Positions 20,301 to 30,999 of a stretch of 64,000 bases of DNA are shown here, piece by piece (the stretch's first letter is position 1; each line of letters opens with the position of its first letter). The notes under the pieces are model-generated. The model was given only the letters and a program-made list of their open reading frames with translations. It searched no databases and had not been told where the DNA came from. Origin of the DNA: Candidatus Latescibacterota bacterium (GTDB lineage: Bacteria; Latescibacterota; UBA2968; UBA8231); NCBI GenBank assembly GCA_965203175.1, contig OZ241867.1, positions 320,001 through 384,000 on the forward strand, read 5' to 3'. Position numbers and translations under genes: made by a program.

Positions 20301-23300
20301 GCCCAAGGACGCGGCGTAATCCACATCGCGGATGGCCTCCGCGCCACTGCTTGGAGCCCCGAGCCGGAATTCGACCGTCTCGGCAGCCGGAGCGGCTCCC
20401 GCCAAGCGGGCTGTGATCGAGATTTCCGTCGTGTCACCGCTTTCGCGGATCGACTTCTGACTCGCTTCCACACTAGCGACTGCAACCGTGGGCGGTGGTG
20501 CCGCAGCAACATCAATGGAGAATTGCGTTGCCGCGCTGTTGCCTTCGGTGTCGATCACCGTGTAAACGACGTTCGCCTTTCCAACCGTCGTCGGCGAACC
20601 GGAAATCACCCGCGTGGACTCGTCGAACGACAGGCCAGCAGGCAGGTTGGCCGAGACACTGTACGTCCGGTCACCTTCACCACCCTCAGCTTCTGGCAGT
20701 TCCATGTTAAACGCAGTGTCTTTCACGCCTTCAGTGTTCCCTGGGAGCGCACTGAACCTAAGCGCACCCGGATCCACTGGCTCCTCAGCCGGATCGGCGT
20801 CTTTCAGCGTTATTGTCGCGGTGCCAACCGTGACGTCCTCGTCATCATCGTTCTTTACCGGACTCTTCAGGGCCTTCACAACGACCTTCTTATCTCCACC
20901 GTTCAAGGCGGTGACAGAGATCGTCGTCGAGCCACGTACTTCTCCGGCCGGGATCGTCAGAGAGCGCAGCGTTGCTTCGTAATCTGTATCGCGCTGCGCC
21001 GTCGCTCCATCAGAACCGTTAGGAGCAAGGACCAAGGAGATATTCACGGGGTCGTCAAATGTGGAACCGTCTATTTCACCGGTCACCGTAATCTCATTCG
21101 CACCCGTGGCCGCCTTGACCTCAGCAGGAGCCACCGACAACGCTATATTGGTGGTAGGCGTCTCGTCGTCAACGATCTTGATCCCTGCTTCGAAATTAGT
21201 ATTCCCAACCCTGGCTCTCACAATGAGACCCAGCGCACTACCTCTCGCGTCGTTGTCAACGGGCGTGAGAGAGAGCGTCGTCGTCCCCTCTGTCGAGCCT
21301 GCCGCAATGGTGAGATCACCCACTATGGCAGTGTAATTCACATCGCGCGAAGCAGCCACTGTGCCGTCAAGGAACGTCGTCACGGCATCAGTGCCGCTCT
21401 CCACAGCGTCCATAATGGTGAACAACACTTCCTCATCATTCGGCAAGGCCGCCGTCAATGTAACTTTCAGCGCGACCTCCGTCTCGCCAGCATCCTCACG
21501 TATTGTACCAGGAGTCGCCGTCAGCCCCTTAATAGAAGCAAGAGGCGTATCCGTTATCTTGATTGTACCGGGATTAACGGTTATTGCGCCGTCGTTGAGT
21601 TCGGGTTCGGATGCCCCGATACCCACCAAAACCGCATCAACCGACTCCCCTCGATCTCTGGACTTAGGATCGATTCTAATGGTCGTCGACCCCGATGACT
21701 TCTTCCTTGGAATTGTTAGAGAAGGCAGCGATAAAGTGGTATAATCCACATCGCGCACCGCCACCTCTTCCTTAGCGTTAGCAGCAGCGGCCTCTCTGGC
21801 GGCCTCTTCGTCAATAACCAAAGCGAAAGTCAGAGCCTTCTTGGTGTCTACCGCTCCATTCAAGGTCGCGGTCACCGTGATATCGATCGGACCTTCTTCC
21901 TCGCTTATGGAGCCCTTAGAGAAAGAAAGATCGATATCCGTGCTTGGCTTGTCAGCGTCAATCAACTCGATCATCGCTGTGCCAAAATCCACGCCAGAAT
22001 TGGCCATGATCGCGATCGTAAGATCAGTATCATCGGTACCTTTCGTGGCGATGGGCGTGAAAGTGATCGTCCCCGATATCTCGTCCTTATCTTTCGGAAT
22101 CAGGAGATTGGGTAGCGTTATGCGGAAGCGCTTATTGAGCTCTGCATCGGATCCCGATGCAAGACTCAAGGCTATATACGTATCCGCCGCCACTTTTGCG
22201 CCTACTTTGGCTTTCACCGTGAGATCGGTCGCACCAGCGTCCTCGCGCACCTTATTACCGTCAGGGCCACCACCACCACTCACCGTCAGGGTGATAGCAC
22301 CCGTCGGCGGGGGCGTGAAGACATCGTTGTCGGTGATCGTGCCCGTCGCGGTCAACCCCCCCACTGTCAGCGTGAAGGTCTCGTCCTCCTCAACACCGTT
22401 GTCGTCCCTGGTCGCCACACGCACCACTGTCGAGGTCGAACCGGCAGGAATAATCACCGTACCCGATGCTCCCGCGAAGTCGGCGAAGTCCGCTTGCGTT
22501 GCCGTGTCGGTACCCTCTAGCGAGATACTGTAGGAGAGATTCTGAGCCACGGTGGACATCTTCGATAGCGTCACCGTGAACACCACAGCGTCACCCTCGA
22601 CCGCGCTCGCATCAGCCACGCTCACCGACGGTACCTCGTCGTCGACGATCGAGCCCGTCGCGGTCGCATCCCCCACTGTCAACGTGAAGGTCTCAGGCTG
22701 CACCGCCTCCTCCTCGGCGTCGTCCACGGTCGGCACAGACACCATTCCTTCTGTGTCACCCGCAGCAATAGTCAACGTCCCACTGGTCGCCGTGAAGTCG
22801 GTTTGCTTTGCCGTGTCGTCGTCTCCAATCGAGGTCGCGTAGTCCAACATCATAGCCTCGTCGTCCGCCACCGACAGCGTCACCGTGAACACCACAGCGT
22901 CACCCTCGTCCGCGCTCGCATCAGCCACGCTCACCGACGGCAAATCGTCGTCTCTGATCGTGCCCGTCGCGGTCGCAGCCCCCACTGTCAGCGTGAAGGT
23001 TTCGTTGAGCTCAACCCTGTCGTCTTCCGCGGTCGCCACAGACACCGTCCTCGAGGTCTCACCCGCAGGAATAGTTACCGTACCCGACGCCCCCATAAAG
23101 TCGTCAAAGTCATCTGGGGTTGCCGTGTCGTTAACCTCTATCGAGATCCCGTAGGAGAGACTCTGAGCTACGGTGGACGTCTTCGACAGCATCACCGTGA
23201 ACACCACAGCGTCACCCTCGTCCGCGCTCGCAGCAGCCACGCTCACCGACGGTACCTCGTCGTCGACGATCGAGCCCTTCGCGCTCGACATGTCGCCCAA

Positions 23301-26300
23301 CATGGCGTTGGCCGACGGGTTCGACAGCGTTACCGTGAAGGTCTCAGGCTCCACCGCCTCCTCCTCGTCGTCGTCCACGGTCGCCACAGAAGCCATACCC
23401 GTGAGCGAACCCGCAGCAATACTCACCGTAACCGAGGTCGCCTCAAAGTCGGCTTGCGTTGCCGTGTCGTCATCCCCAATCGAGGTAGCCAAAGTGACCG
23501 TCACCTCCGCGTCGGCAGCCTCCGACAGCGTCACCGTGAACTCCACAGCGTCACCCTCGTCTGCACTCGCATCAGCCACGCTCAACGACGGCGGCGGCGG
23601 CATGTCGTCATTGGTAATCGAGCCCTTCGCGCTCGACGCAGCAGGATCCAACACGGCGTTCGTCGGGTCCGACAGCGTCACCGTGAAGGTCTCGTCCTCC
23701 TCAATAGCGTCGTCTTCCGCGGTCGCCACAGAAGCCGTACCCATGAGCGAACCGGCAGTAATAGTCACCGTACCCGATTCTCCCATGAAGTTGGCGAAGT
23801 CATCTGGGGTTGCCGTGTCGTCAGACTCAATCGAGACCTCGTAGCCGACCGTCACATCCGCGGCGGCAGCCGCCGACAGAGTCACTGTGATACCCACAGC
23901 TTCACCCTCGGCCGCGCTCCCAACTTCCACGCTCAACGACGGCGACTCGTTGTCGGTGATCATGCCCTGCGCGCTCGACGCAGCAGGATCCAACATGGCG
24001 TTGGCCGAAGGGTTCGACAGCGTTACCGTGAAGGTCTCAGGCTCCAACGCTTCAAGAAGGTTGTCGTCCTCGGTCTCCACAGAAGCCATACCCGTGAGCG
24101 AACCCGCAGCAATAGTCACCGTAACCGAGGTCGCCTCGAAGTCGGCTTGCGTTGCCGTGTCGTCATCCCCAATCGAGGTAGCCAAGGTGACCGTCACATC
24201 CGCGTCGGCAGCCGCCGATAGGGTCACCGTGAACTCCATATCATTACCCTCGGTCGCATTCCCATCAGCCACGCTCAACAACGGCAACGGCGGCATAATC
24301 GAGCCCTTCGCGCTCGACGCAGCAGGATCCAACACGGCGTTCGTCGGGCTCGACAGCGTCACCGTGAAGGTCTCGCCCTCCTCATCGCCGTTTGCCGCAG
24401 TCATCACAGAAGCCATCCCCATGGTCTCACCCACAAGAATAGTCACCGTACCCGATGCTCCCGCGAAGTCGTCGAAGTCATCTGGGCCTGCCGTGTCGTC
24501 AGACTCAATCGAGACCTTGTAGTCGACCATCACCTCCATGTCGGTCGCATCCGACAGGGTCACTGTGATATCCACAGCACCACCCTCGGTCGCGCTCTTA
24601 ACAGCCACGCTCAACGACGGCAAATCGTTGTCGGTGATCGTGCCCGTCGCGCTCGACGGGTCGCCCAACACGGCGTTGGCCGAAGGGTTCTCCAGCGTCA
24701 CCTTGAAGGTCTCGCTCCCCTCAACATCGGTGTCGTCCACGGTCATCACAGAAGCCATTCCTTCTGTGTCACCCGCAGCAATAGTCACCATCCTAGGGGT
24801 GTCCGCGAAGTCGTCGCCAGACTCAGTCGAGATCGCGAAGTCGACCGTCACATCCGCGTCGGCTTCCGCCGACAGGGTCACTGTGATATCCACAGCACCA
24901 CCCTCGGTCGCATCCGCAACAGCCACGCTCAACGACGGCAACGGCGACATATCTTCGCTGGAGATCGTGGCCTTTACGCTCGACATGTCGCCCAACTCGG
25001 CGTTCGTCGGGTTCGACAGCGTCACCGTGAAGGTCTCGTCCTCCTCAACAAGCTCGTCGTTCACGGTCTCCACAGGCGGCACCATTACCGAGGTCTGACC
25101 CGCAGTAATAGTTACCGTACCCGTTCCTGCCATGAAGTCGACGAAGTCAGCTGGGTCTGCCCCGTCATCAGCCTCAATCGAAATCTCGTACTCCACCGTC
25201 ACATCCTGACCGGTCGCCGCCGACAGCGCCACCGTGAACACCACATCCTCACCCTCGGCCACGGCCGCAGCAGGAGCAGACACGCTCAACGACGGCATAT
25301 CTTCGCTTCTGATCGTGGCCTCCGCGCTCGACATGTCGCCTACCATTGCATTATCCGAGGTTGCCGATAGCGTCAGCGTGAAGGTCTCATCCACCTCAAT
25401 ATCGTCGTCGTCCTCGGTCGCCACAGGCACCGTCGTCGAGGTCATACCCACAGCAATAGTCGCCATACCCTCGGGGACCGCCGTGAAGTCGTCACCGCTG
25501 GTTGCTGTGCCGTCCGAGGTACTGTATGTCACCGTCACCGGTGCGATAGCCTCCTTCGACAGGGTCACCGTGAACACTGCATCATCACCCTCGGCCACGG
25601 GATCCGCAGGACCAGACACGCTCACCGACGGCAAGTGGCCCTTGATCGTGCCCGTCGCGGTCGCCGTAGCAGGAGGTAACCCTGGTACCAAGGCATTGCC
25701 AGACGGGCCCGGGTCAGCCAATCTCAACTCGAAGGTCTCGGCCGGCTCATCGATGCCGTCGGCCACGATCGGCACAGACACTGTCTTCTCCGTGTCACCC
25801 GCAGCAAAAGTCAGCGTCACCGACGCCGGTGTAGTTCCAGTTGTAATCGCTGTAAAGTCGCTACCCTCGGTCGCCGTGAGGTCGGTGTCAGTCGGAGTCC
25901 CGACGACCGTGTAAGTTACCGTCGTCTCTATGCTGCTCGCCCCCGTCAGCGACACCGTGAAGGTCGCAAAGGTACCCTCGTCCACGGGATCGCCAGCCAT
26001 CACATTAAAATCTGGAGTAGCGTCGTTGTCAGTGATCGTGTACGTCGTCACCGCCAGCTCCGTGCCCCCCCCAGAGAGTGTTGCGTTCGCCCCCTCAGCC
26101 GGCAGCGTCAGCGTCAATGTGATGCCCTCAGTGTCCACCTCATCGATTTCGTCGTCGATGATCGGCACAGACACTATCTTCTCCGTGTCACCCGGCTCAA
26201 AAGTCAGCGTCCCCTCGGTCGCCTCAAAGTCATCATCACTGGCACCAGTCCCAGCCGTGACCGAGGCCGTGTAATTTACCATCACTACCAGGTCGCTCGG

Positions 26301-26885
26301 TGTCTGCGTATCCGCGGGACCCAGCGTCACCCTGTACGTCGCCGATGCATTCTCCGCCACTGCGGCCGGATCCGCAACCGCAACCATGTTCACCACTACC
26401 GGCTCGGTGTTATCGGTGATCGTGCCCGTCGCCTTCAGCTCCGTGACCCCCCCCGAGAATGTTACGCCATCCGGGTTCGACAGCACCAGCGTGAAGGTCT
26501 CTTCAGGCTCATCAAGAGCATCGGTCAGTGCAGCGATCGTAATCGTCTCCGTCGAAGTCCCACCAGCAGTCCCCGTAATAGTCAACGTGCTCGGTGTCGA
26601 CGTGAAGTCAGTTGCTAGGCTTGCTGGGTTGTCAGCCGAAGCATCAACTACAGCCACGTAGTCCACTGTCGCGGTTTCGGGCGTTCCGTCAACCACTCCC
26701 AACGGGGGCGTCAGCACCACCGTGAAGGTAACATCACCACCCTCTGTGCCGGTCCCATTCCCTACCAATAACGTCGGCAGTTCCTGCGCCGCCGCCTCTC
26801 CGGTCCATCCTAATACCAAACCAACGGCCAACAACCAAGGCATATAGGCCAACCGTCGCACGAATAACTTCGTGTCGTGTATCAT
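17358..26885 (-). CDS. Giant (3175 aa) secreted adhesin-like protein: many Calx-beta repeats, putative Ig (He_PIG) domains, FN3-like, EF-hand/dockerin-like, cohesin-like and T9SS/FlgD-Ig CTD
   Basis: Repeats of EG.A.VFTVTLS...DD..E..ETFTVTL...ATGTI.DND; LPAGLSFD..TR..SGTP units; paired FDDFFIFADSFG / FEDFFVFADNFG; NNYPNPFNP tail. Confidence 0.9.
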   Translation of the reverse strand: MIHDTKLFVRRLAYMPWLLAVGLVLGWTGEAAAQELPTLLVGNGTGTEGGDVTFTVVLTPPLGVVDGTPETATVDYVAVVDASADNPASLATDFTSTPSTLTITGTAGGTSTETITIAALTDALDEPEETFTLVLSNPDGVTFSGGVTELKATGTITDNTEPVVVNMVAVADPAAVAENASATYRVTLGPADTQTPSDLVVMVNYTASVTAGTGASDDDFEATEGTLTFEPGDTEKIVSVPIIDDEIDEVDTEGITLTLTLPAEGANATLSGGGTELAVTTYTITDNDATPDFNVMAGDPVDEGTFATFTVSLTGASSIETTVTYTVVGTPTDTDLTATEGSDFTAITTGTTPASVTLTFAAGDTEKTVSVPIVADGIDEPAETFELRLADPGPSGNALVPGLPPATATATGTIKGHLPSVSVSGPADPVAEGDDAVFTVTLSKEAIAPVTVTYSTSDGTATSGDDFTAVPEGMATIAVGMTSTTVPVATEDDDDIEVDETFTLTLSATSDNAMVGDMSSAEATIRSEDMPSLSVSAPAAAVAEGEDVVFTVALSAATGQDVTVEYEISIEADDGADPADFVDFMAGTGTVTITAGQTSVMVPPVETVNDELVEEDETFTVTLSNPTNAELGDMSSVKATISSEDMSPLPSLSVAVADATEGGAVDITVTLSAEADADVTVDFAISTESGDDFADTPRMVTIAAGDTEGMASVMTVDDTDVEGSETFKVTLENPSANAVLGDPSSATGTITDNDLPSLSVAVKSATEGGAVDITVTLSDATDMEVMVDYKVSIESDDTAGPDDFDDFAGASGTVTILVGETMGMASVMTAANGDEEGETFTVTLSSPTNAVLDPAASSAKGSIMPPLPLLSVADGNATEGNDMEFTVTLSAAADADVTVTLATSIGDDDTATQADFEATSVTVTIAAGSLTGMASVETEDDNLLEALEPETFTVTLSNPSANAMLDPAASSAQGMITDNESPSLSVEVGSAAEGEAVGITVTLSAAAAADVTVGYEVSIESDDTATPDDFANFMGESGTVTITAGSLMGTASVATAEDDAIEEDETFTVTLSDPTNAVLDPAASSAKGSITNDDMPPPPSLSVADASADEGDAVEFTVTLSEAADAEVTVTLATSIGDDDTATQADFEATSVTVSIAAGSLTGMASVATVDDDEEEAVEPETFTVTLSNPSANAMLGDMSSAKGSIVDDEVPSVSVAAASADEGDAVVFTVMLSKTSTVAQSLSYGISIEVNDTATPDDFDDFMGASGTVTIPAGETSRTVSVATAEDDRVELNETFTLTVGAATATGTIRDDDLPSVSVADASADEGDAVVFTVTLSVADDEAMMLDYATSIGDDDTAKQTDFTATSGTLTIAAGDTEGMVSVPTVDDAEEEAVQPETFTLTVGDATATGSIVDDEVPSVSVADASAVEGDAVVFTVTLSKMSTVAQNLSYSISLEGTDTATQADFADFAGASGTVIIPAGSTSTVVRVATRDDNGVEEDETFTLTVGGLTATGTITDNDVFTPPPTGAITLTVSGGGGPDGNKVREDAGATDLTVKAKVGAKVAADTYIALSLASGSDAELNKRFRITLPNLLIPKDKDEISGTITFTPIATKGTDDTDLTIAIMANSGVDFGTAMIELIDADKPSTDIDLSFSKGSISEEEGPIDITVTATLNGAVDTKKALTFALVIDEEAAREAAAANAKEEVAVRDVDYTTLSLPSLTIPRKKSSGSTTIRIDPKSRDRGESVDAVLVGIGASEPELNDGAITVNPGTIKITDTPLASIKGLTATPGTIREDAGETEVALKVTLTAALPNDEEVLFTIMDAVESGTDAVTTFLDGTVAASRDVNYTAIVGDLTIAAGSTEGTTTLSLTPVDNDARGSALGLIVRARVGNTNFEAGIKIVDDETPTTNIALSVAPAEVKAATGANEITVTGEIDGSTFDDPVNISLVLAPNGSDGATAQRDTDYEATLRSLTIPAGEVRGSTTISVTALNGGDKKVVVKALKSPVKNDDDEDVTVGTATITLKDADPAEEPVDPGALRFSALPGNTEGVKDTAFNMELPEAEGGEGDRTYSVSANLPAGLSFDESTRVISGSPTTVGKANVVYTVIDTEGNSAATQFSIDVAAAPPPTVAVASVEASQKSIRESGDTTEISITARLAGAAPAAETVEFRLGAPSSGAEAIRDVDYAASLGGSVAIEAGATEASTTLTLTPIDDATVDGNKFLGVQASASGGSASVDIKIADDETASTSISLSADPHTVSEADGVTDIVVTATLDGKVLDADATVTISIDPASKATRDEDYAALFNPSLTILAGSISGSIALIIDPNSDSEDEGNETITLTGVSAGLTVESGTITISEGMMDPVDPPMDPLTFAEGAMINDVASTAGTAVSAMELPAASGGEGDITYSVSALPAGLSFDAATRTVSGTPEAEGTTEVTYTATDGAGATVTLSFSITVNPMLDFGDLSGLFGAFTGAGKANPASEHDEGAIQIVVGQPYSLTIPEVPGGTPPKVYSVSGLPAGLSFDPATRTVSGTPTEIGLAAVVLTVVDAAGASGSVPIPVSVIAPPLGAPSNLVAQDYAGADGQGDQGGFLLLTWELSEHHDEIDGYRIFRALPVLGNEMVPWAMVDAVPGVERGVAIVATLDNVSTRWGIAAERGGQTTHGAAKAVFVSAENQPYAQMAETLMASMEAAQAGDAPVFASLLPEALAYAQGVAPKLNVVAGVLSSEVIFTDEPVRAIDNIAPLAVPSLRVLDAPNDQGSRIALTWTLSPSDQILQDVVAGAVGPLGVEPVVGVYGYNIYRRAAGEDEFAKIAQVDAGVTSFVDETALNGVRYTYQVRPYDLDNETGSDIEHTAMAVRNIAVDSEGRALLGLFGTDNRIGFDDFFIFADSFGLTAEDTGFDPAFDLSPNATIDFEDFFVFADNFGRSTAAAGKRVPMFAGLNADARMYLDARTAMPIVGEDFVLDVRVADFAAIKGYGLQVQYEADKLEFVQVLTDEPLGGSAFATPQVLADEAGVLTVVAHGDVVSDGEVALGLVFRPTTEIENTLIEIADNQTYDSEFGFNRLALPAPVQLQTRPEAFALANNYPNPFNPATTIKYALPQAADVELTVYNVVGQVVRTLVAEHQSAGRYVVEWDATNDNGHSLSSGMYFYRLEAGGEFHEVKKMLLLK

Positions 26886-27409
26886 TACTTAACCTCCCCA
26901 GGGAAAGCTTCCCTGATTAAGAAAGTGATATAAAAAAATGGATTTACTTCAATCCGACTAAGACTTCGCATTCCTGTTCCTGTTCGTGCGTGTTTCATAT
27001 GCCCCCTTTCGCGGCTTTTTCGCGGATAATACAGACGCATTATCCTCTATAATAGAGTTAATTATACCGAGAAAAAATAGAAGTGTCAAGAATTAATTCC
27101 CCTTTAACTTCATTAGCCAAAATACCTTATATCCCTTCCCTTATATCCCTTCATGTCATCCCTTATTTTCAAGGGCAAAGAGCAATAACAAAGGATATCA
27201 ATTTATATACTGATACCCCTACTTGTCAACATATCTATGCACCGGACGACGATTTTTTGCCAATCACTCCTGTGCCTCGTACGATTCGGTAGCCGCCACC
27301 ACGCGGTCGCCGGTGGCTAATCCGCCTAGGCCGGTCACATCGCGCCACTCTCCATAACAGCCGCCTCATCCAAGGCCGTCGGCAAATATCCCCCATCCCC
27401 AACCCTTTG

Positions 27410-29848
27410 TCAACCATCCCGCTGCCGCCACCACGCCACCACCACGCCCACAACCACCACCAACCCCACCAACACCGCCCCTCGCGCCCAAGCCAACACC
27501 GGCGAAAAGTAGCGAAACTCCACCTCGTGTTCCCCGGCTGGCAACGCCACCCCCTTCCATATATAATGTATACGCAACATCTCGGCCTCCTCCCCGTCCA
27601 CCCACACCGACCAATTCGACTGGTAATTCTCCGACATCACCAACACGCGCGGCCCCGCACTCTGCGTCCGCAGGCGAATCAACCCCTCCTTTGGATCGTA
27701 CGCCAGCCGCTCCACCCGGTCGCCGGCCCGATCCCCCGCGCCATTGAGCCGCACCGCCGGCGCATTCTCCAGCAACGCCACGCCCTGCGGATCCACCCGG
27801 CCGCTCAACAGCCGCCCCAACACGGCCTCGCCGCTATCCAACACCTCCGCTTCCGGCACTAAATAAAACCACGGCAATGCCTGCGGATTTTCGTACAGCC
27901 GAAACCGCGCCCCCTCAAAGCGCAGCGGATAGGCCGCCATATTCAATTCTAGAGGCTTGGGCACAGCCAGATACTTGCCGTTGAGCAAATTCAACAGCGA
28001 TTGAAACCCAGCCGACGGCGCGCCCGTGCGCAGAAACTGCTGCACCAGCGGCTCAAACTCCTTCAGCATCCGGTCGTAGCGCCCTACCGTCAAATCGTGA
28101 AAGCCCGTAATGGACCAAACCCCGTGCAAGTGATAGCCCGGCTCCTCTAGCACCCGAAAGCTAGGCAAGGGCAAGACGCGGAAGAGCGATTCGTCCTTTT
28201 GCAAAAACTGCACCGCGCGCGGATTCTCCCGGCGAATATCCGCATAGCGGCCCGGATCCCGATAGAGCAAATAAACCCGATCAACGCGCCACGTGTCGAA
28301 CAGCGTTACCGCGCACAACCCCCCCACCAGCACCGTCCCCGAAAGCTGCCCCCCCAGCCGCAAATAGAGCAACGCCAAGCCCGTGCCCAAAGCCACCACC
28401 ACGCACCAGCCGCCGCGCGCAATCCAATCGTAGCTCCCAGCCAGCACAGCCCGCTTCTGCGGCGCAATGTCTCCGTAGAACAAATTTATCCACGCATCGG
28501 TCGTCCCCTTCGGAAAAAGCGCCACCAGCAAGGCCAGCGCGGCGAGGATGCCGCCGACATAGGCCAAGCGGCCCCGCAGCAAGGCCCGCTCATCCGCGTC
28601 GGCATCCAACACCCGCTGCAAGCCCAATCCCGCCAGCGCACACCCGGCAAACGCAAACACAAACGCCCCCATGCCAATGGCGCGCTGCACATCCGCCCCA
28701 GGCAGCAAGTGAAACGCCAGCCAATGCACGGGCGTGTGCTCGCCCAACACGTAAGCCAACGCCAGCACAAACACCCCGCCTAACAGCGCCACTTGCGGTC
28801 GTCGCCGACACTCCGGCACCATCAGCAGCGCCAAGAGCACGGCCAACGCGCCAAAGTACTCGGAGTTGATCTTGAACGCATTGCGGCCCCAATAGCGCGA
28901 GCCGCCCTGTACCAGCACATTGTCGTACCCGCCGAACTCCGGCACCACCAGCGAAGCCACTTCCTCGGGATGCAGCGACCAACTCCGCGCATACGCGAGC
29001 TGTTCCTCCGCGGTCTTACCCCCCACCTCATCGCCCGTAGCCCGCTTGGACTCGGCGCGGGTGTACATCATCACCGGAAAAGCCCCCTCAGCCCCCAACG
29101 CCAACCCCAACACCACCGCACCTATAAAATGAATAAAGCGCCGCACCAAGGCGGCCCGCTCGCGGCGCATCTGATATAACTTAAATAGGAAATAGACGCC
29201 GAGGCCCAAGAGCGCGAAGTACGTCATCGGTGGATGAGAGTAAATACACGCGCCAGTCAGCACCCCGACAGCCGCCCAATAAATCAGCCGCCTCTGCGCC
29301 AAAGCCCGTTCCAACGCCCAGATGATCCACGGGAAAAGGGCGATTACCCCCATCTTGGCGTAGTGGCCAGCCAACGGAAACGCCAAAAAGGTCGGCGCCG
29401 ACATGAACGCCACCCCGCCCCACAGCGCGGCACGCCCCCCCACGTGAATTTGCCGCAAGTACGCATACATACCCAAGCCCGCGACGCACATCGTCAGAAT
29501 GTAGCGCCAGCCAATGTAGCGCTGAAAAGTCGTAAAAAAATACAGGACGTATGCCGGGAAGTACTGGGGGCGAATGGCCTCGGACTGGGGGAAGCCGCCC
29601 ATCTTGGGATCCCACATCGGCTGGTCCACAGTCTGCACCTTGTCCCAGAAACTCAAGGCCGCGCCCTTGTGATAGTCCGTGCCTACGTCCATGCCAAAGA
29701 CGATCTTGTCCGAGAGCGGAAACTCGTAGAAGTACAGCAGACTCAGGGCGAGGAAGAAGACCAGCGGAAAAAGTCGGTGATTCCACAGAGGCGGCCTATC
29801 GGCCTTTGCCGGGGCTTGGGTTTTGGCGCGTTTGCTTTTGTTGACCAT
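27410..29848 (-). CDS. YfhO-family polytopic membrane protein (GT-C-like)
   Basis: Many TM segments, WDPKMGGFP, and C-terminal ENYQSNWSVWVDG...GVALPAGEHEVEFRY. Confidence 0.85.
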   Translation of the reverse strand: MVNKSKRAKTQAPAKADRPPLWNHRLFPLVFFLALSLLYFYEFPLSDKIVFGMDVGTDYHKGAALSFWDKVQTVDQPMWDPKMGGFPQSEAIRPQYFPAYVLYFFTTFQRYIGWRYILTMCVAGLGMYAYLRQIHVGGRAALWGGVAFMSAPTFLAFPLAGHYAKMGVIALFPWIIWALERALAQRRLIYWAAVGVLTGACIYSHPPMTYFALLGLGVYFLFKLYQMRRERAALVRRFIHFIGAVVLGLALGAEGAFPVMMYTRAESKRATGDEVGGKTAEEQLAYARSWSLHPEEVASLVVPEFGGYDNVLVQGGSRYWGRNAFKINSEYFGALAVLLALLMVPECRRRPQVALLGGVFVLALAYVLGEHTPVHWLAFHLLPGADVQRAIGMGAFVFAFAGCALAGLGLQRVLDADADERALLRGRLAYVGGILAALALLVALFPKGTTDAWINLFYGDIAPQKRAVLAGSYDWIARGGWCVVVALGTGLALLYLRLGGQLSGTVLVGGLCAVTLFDTWRVDRVYLLYRDPGRYADIRRENPRAVQFLQKDESLFRVLPLPSFRVLEEPGYHLHGVWSITGFHDLTVGRYDRMLKEFEPLVQQFLRTGAPSAGFQSLLNLLNGKYLAVPKPLELNMAAYPLRFEGARFRLYENPQALPWFYLVPEAEVLDSGEAVLGRLLSGRVDPQGVALLENAPAVRLNGAGDRAGDRVERLAYDPKEGLIRLRTQSAGPRVLVMSENYQSNWSVWVDGEEAEMLRIHYIWKGVALPAGEHEVEFRYFSPVLAWARGAVLVGLVVVVGVVVAWWRQRDG

Positions 29849-29868
29849 GCAGTCCTTCCAGGTGCGTC

Positions 29869-30981
29869 CTATTCCATTTCCTCAACCGCCCGCAAATACA
29901 CATCCTCCAAATCCTCCGCCAACCGATCCCAACTAAACCGCCCCGCCCACGTCCGGCCCGCCGCGCCCAAGTCCCGCCGCCTTGAGTCATCCGCAATCAA
30001 CGCCCGCATCCCGTCCGCCAAAGCACCCACATCCTCGGGCGGCACCAACACCCCAGTCTCGTCGTGGCGCACGGCATCGCGCAAGCCGTCAATGTCGGTC
30101 CCCAACACAGCTTTCCCAGCGGCAGCAGCTTCTACGGCCACCATGCACCAACCTTCGTAGCGAGACGGAACGCAGACCACGAGGGCGCGGCGCAAAAGTT
30201 CGCCTTGCTGTTCTTCTTCCACGCGCCCGATAATCTCCACCCGGCCCTCCAATCCCACCCTCCGCGCCAAGCTCCTCACGCTAGCGAGTTGCTTAGAAGT
30301 GCCGCGCCCGGCCAGCTTAAGGCGAATATCCGGGTGCTCAGCGGCGATCTCGGCAAACGCGGCAATCAACAGGTCGATCCCCTTAGTATGAATATCCATG
30401 CGCCCAAAGTAGAGCAAGTACGGATCTTCCTCGGACGCCAGCGCAAAAAAGCGCCGATCAACGCCGCTGTACACTATATCAACCGCCGCGTCGCGGGCGC
30501 GCTGCCGAACGCGCGCTTGCACGCTAGGGGCAATCGTCAGTATCCGGCCATAAGCCCGCAGGGCGCGCCGCTCGCACAGCCACGCCACACCGCCCACGAG
30601 CGGATGTTTGGCAAGGGCGTGCCATCCCATGAAGTGATAGAACAAAAGCAACCCCTGCCGCCGCAGCGCAGCCGGCACGCGCAAAGGCGCAAAGGCCGAA
30701 AACTCGTTGATCCACAAATCCCACTCTAGCCGCTGCAACTGAGCTACGGCCGCGCGGCAATAGCCCACCCGGCTCAGAGCATAGCTGCGGGCCGAGCCAA
30801 CGCGCAGCAGGCGCAGGCCATGCCGTTCGGTCTCGCGCTCGGCCCCGGGAAACAGGCCACTGACGACGGTGATCTCGTGGCGGCTGGCCAAGCGGCGGTA
30901 GAGTTCCATCGCCCGCACCGCGCCACCACCGCCCAACCACGGGTTGGCAATGTCGTCGTACATCAAGTGGCATATCTTCAT
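29869..30981 (-). CDS. Glycosyltransferase family 4
   Basis: GGGAVR, YFGR...KGID, PSRYEGW...EAAAAG and ETGVLV motifs. Confidence 0.92.
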   Translation of the reverse strand: MKICHLMYDDIANPWLGGGGAVRAMELYRRLASRHEITVVSGLFPGAERETERHGLRLLRVGSARSYALSRVGYCRAAVAQLQRLEWDLWINEFSAFAPLRVPAALRRQGLLLFYHFMGWHALAKHPLVGGVAWLCERRALRAYGRILTIAPSVQARVRQRARDAAVDIVYSGVDRRFFALASEEDPYLLYFGRMDIHTKGIDLLIAAFAEIAAEHPDIRLKLAGRGTSKQLASVRSLARRVGLEGRVEIIGRVEEEQQGELLRRALVVCVPSRYEGWCMVAVEAAAAGKAVLGTDIDGLRDAVRHDETGVLVPPEDVGALADGMRALIADDSRRRDLGAAGRTWAGRFSWDRLAEDLEDVYLRAVEEME

Positions 30982-30999
30982 GGGCGGAGTGCCCGCGCC

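Noticed and set aside
19401-26661. Long antisense ORFs opposite the Calx-beta genes (also 45688-50533)
   Set aside because: These are shadow frames caused by repetitive, GC-biased codon usage.
27415-27480. CCA-rich low-complexity tract
   Set aside because: It encodes the Val-rich last TM helix of the YfhO protein.
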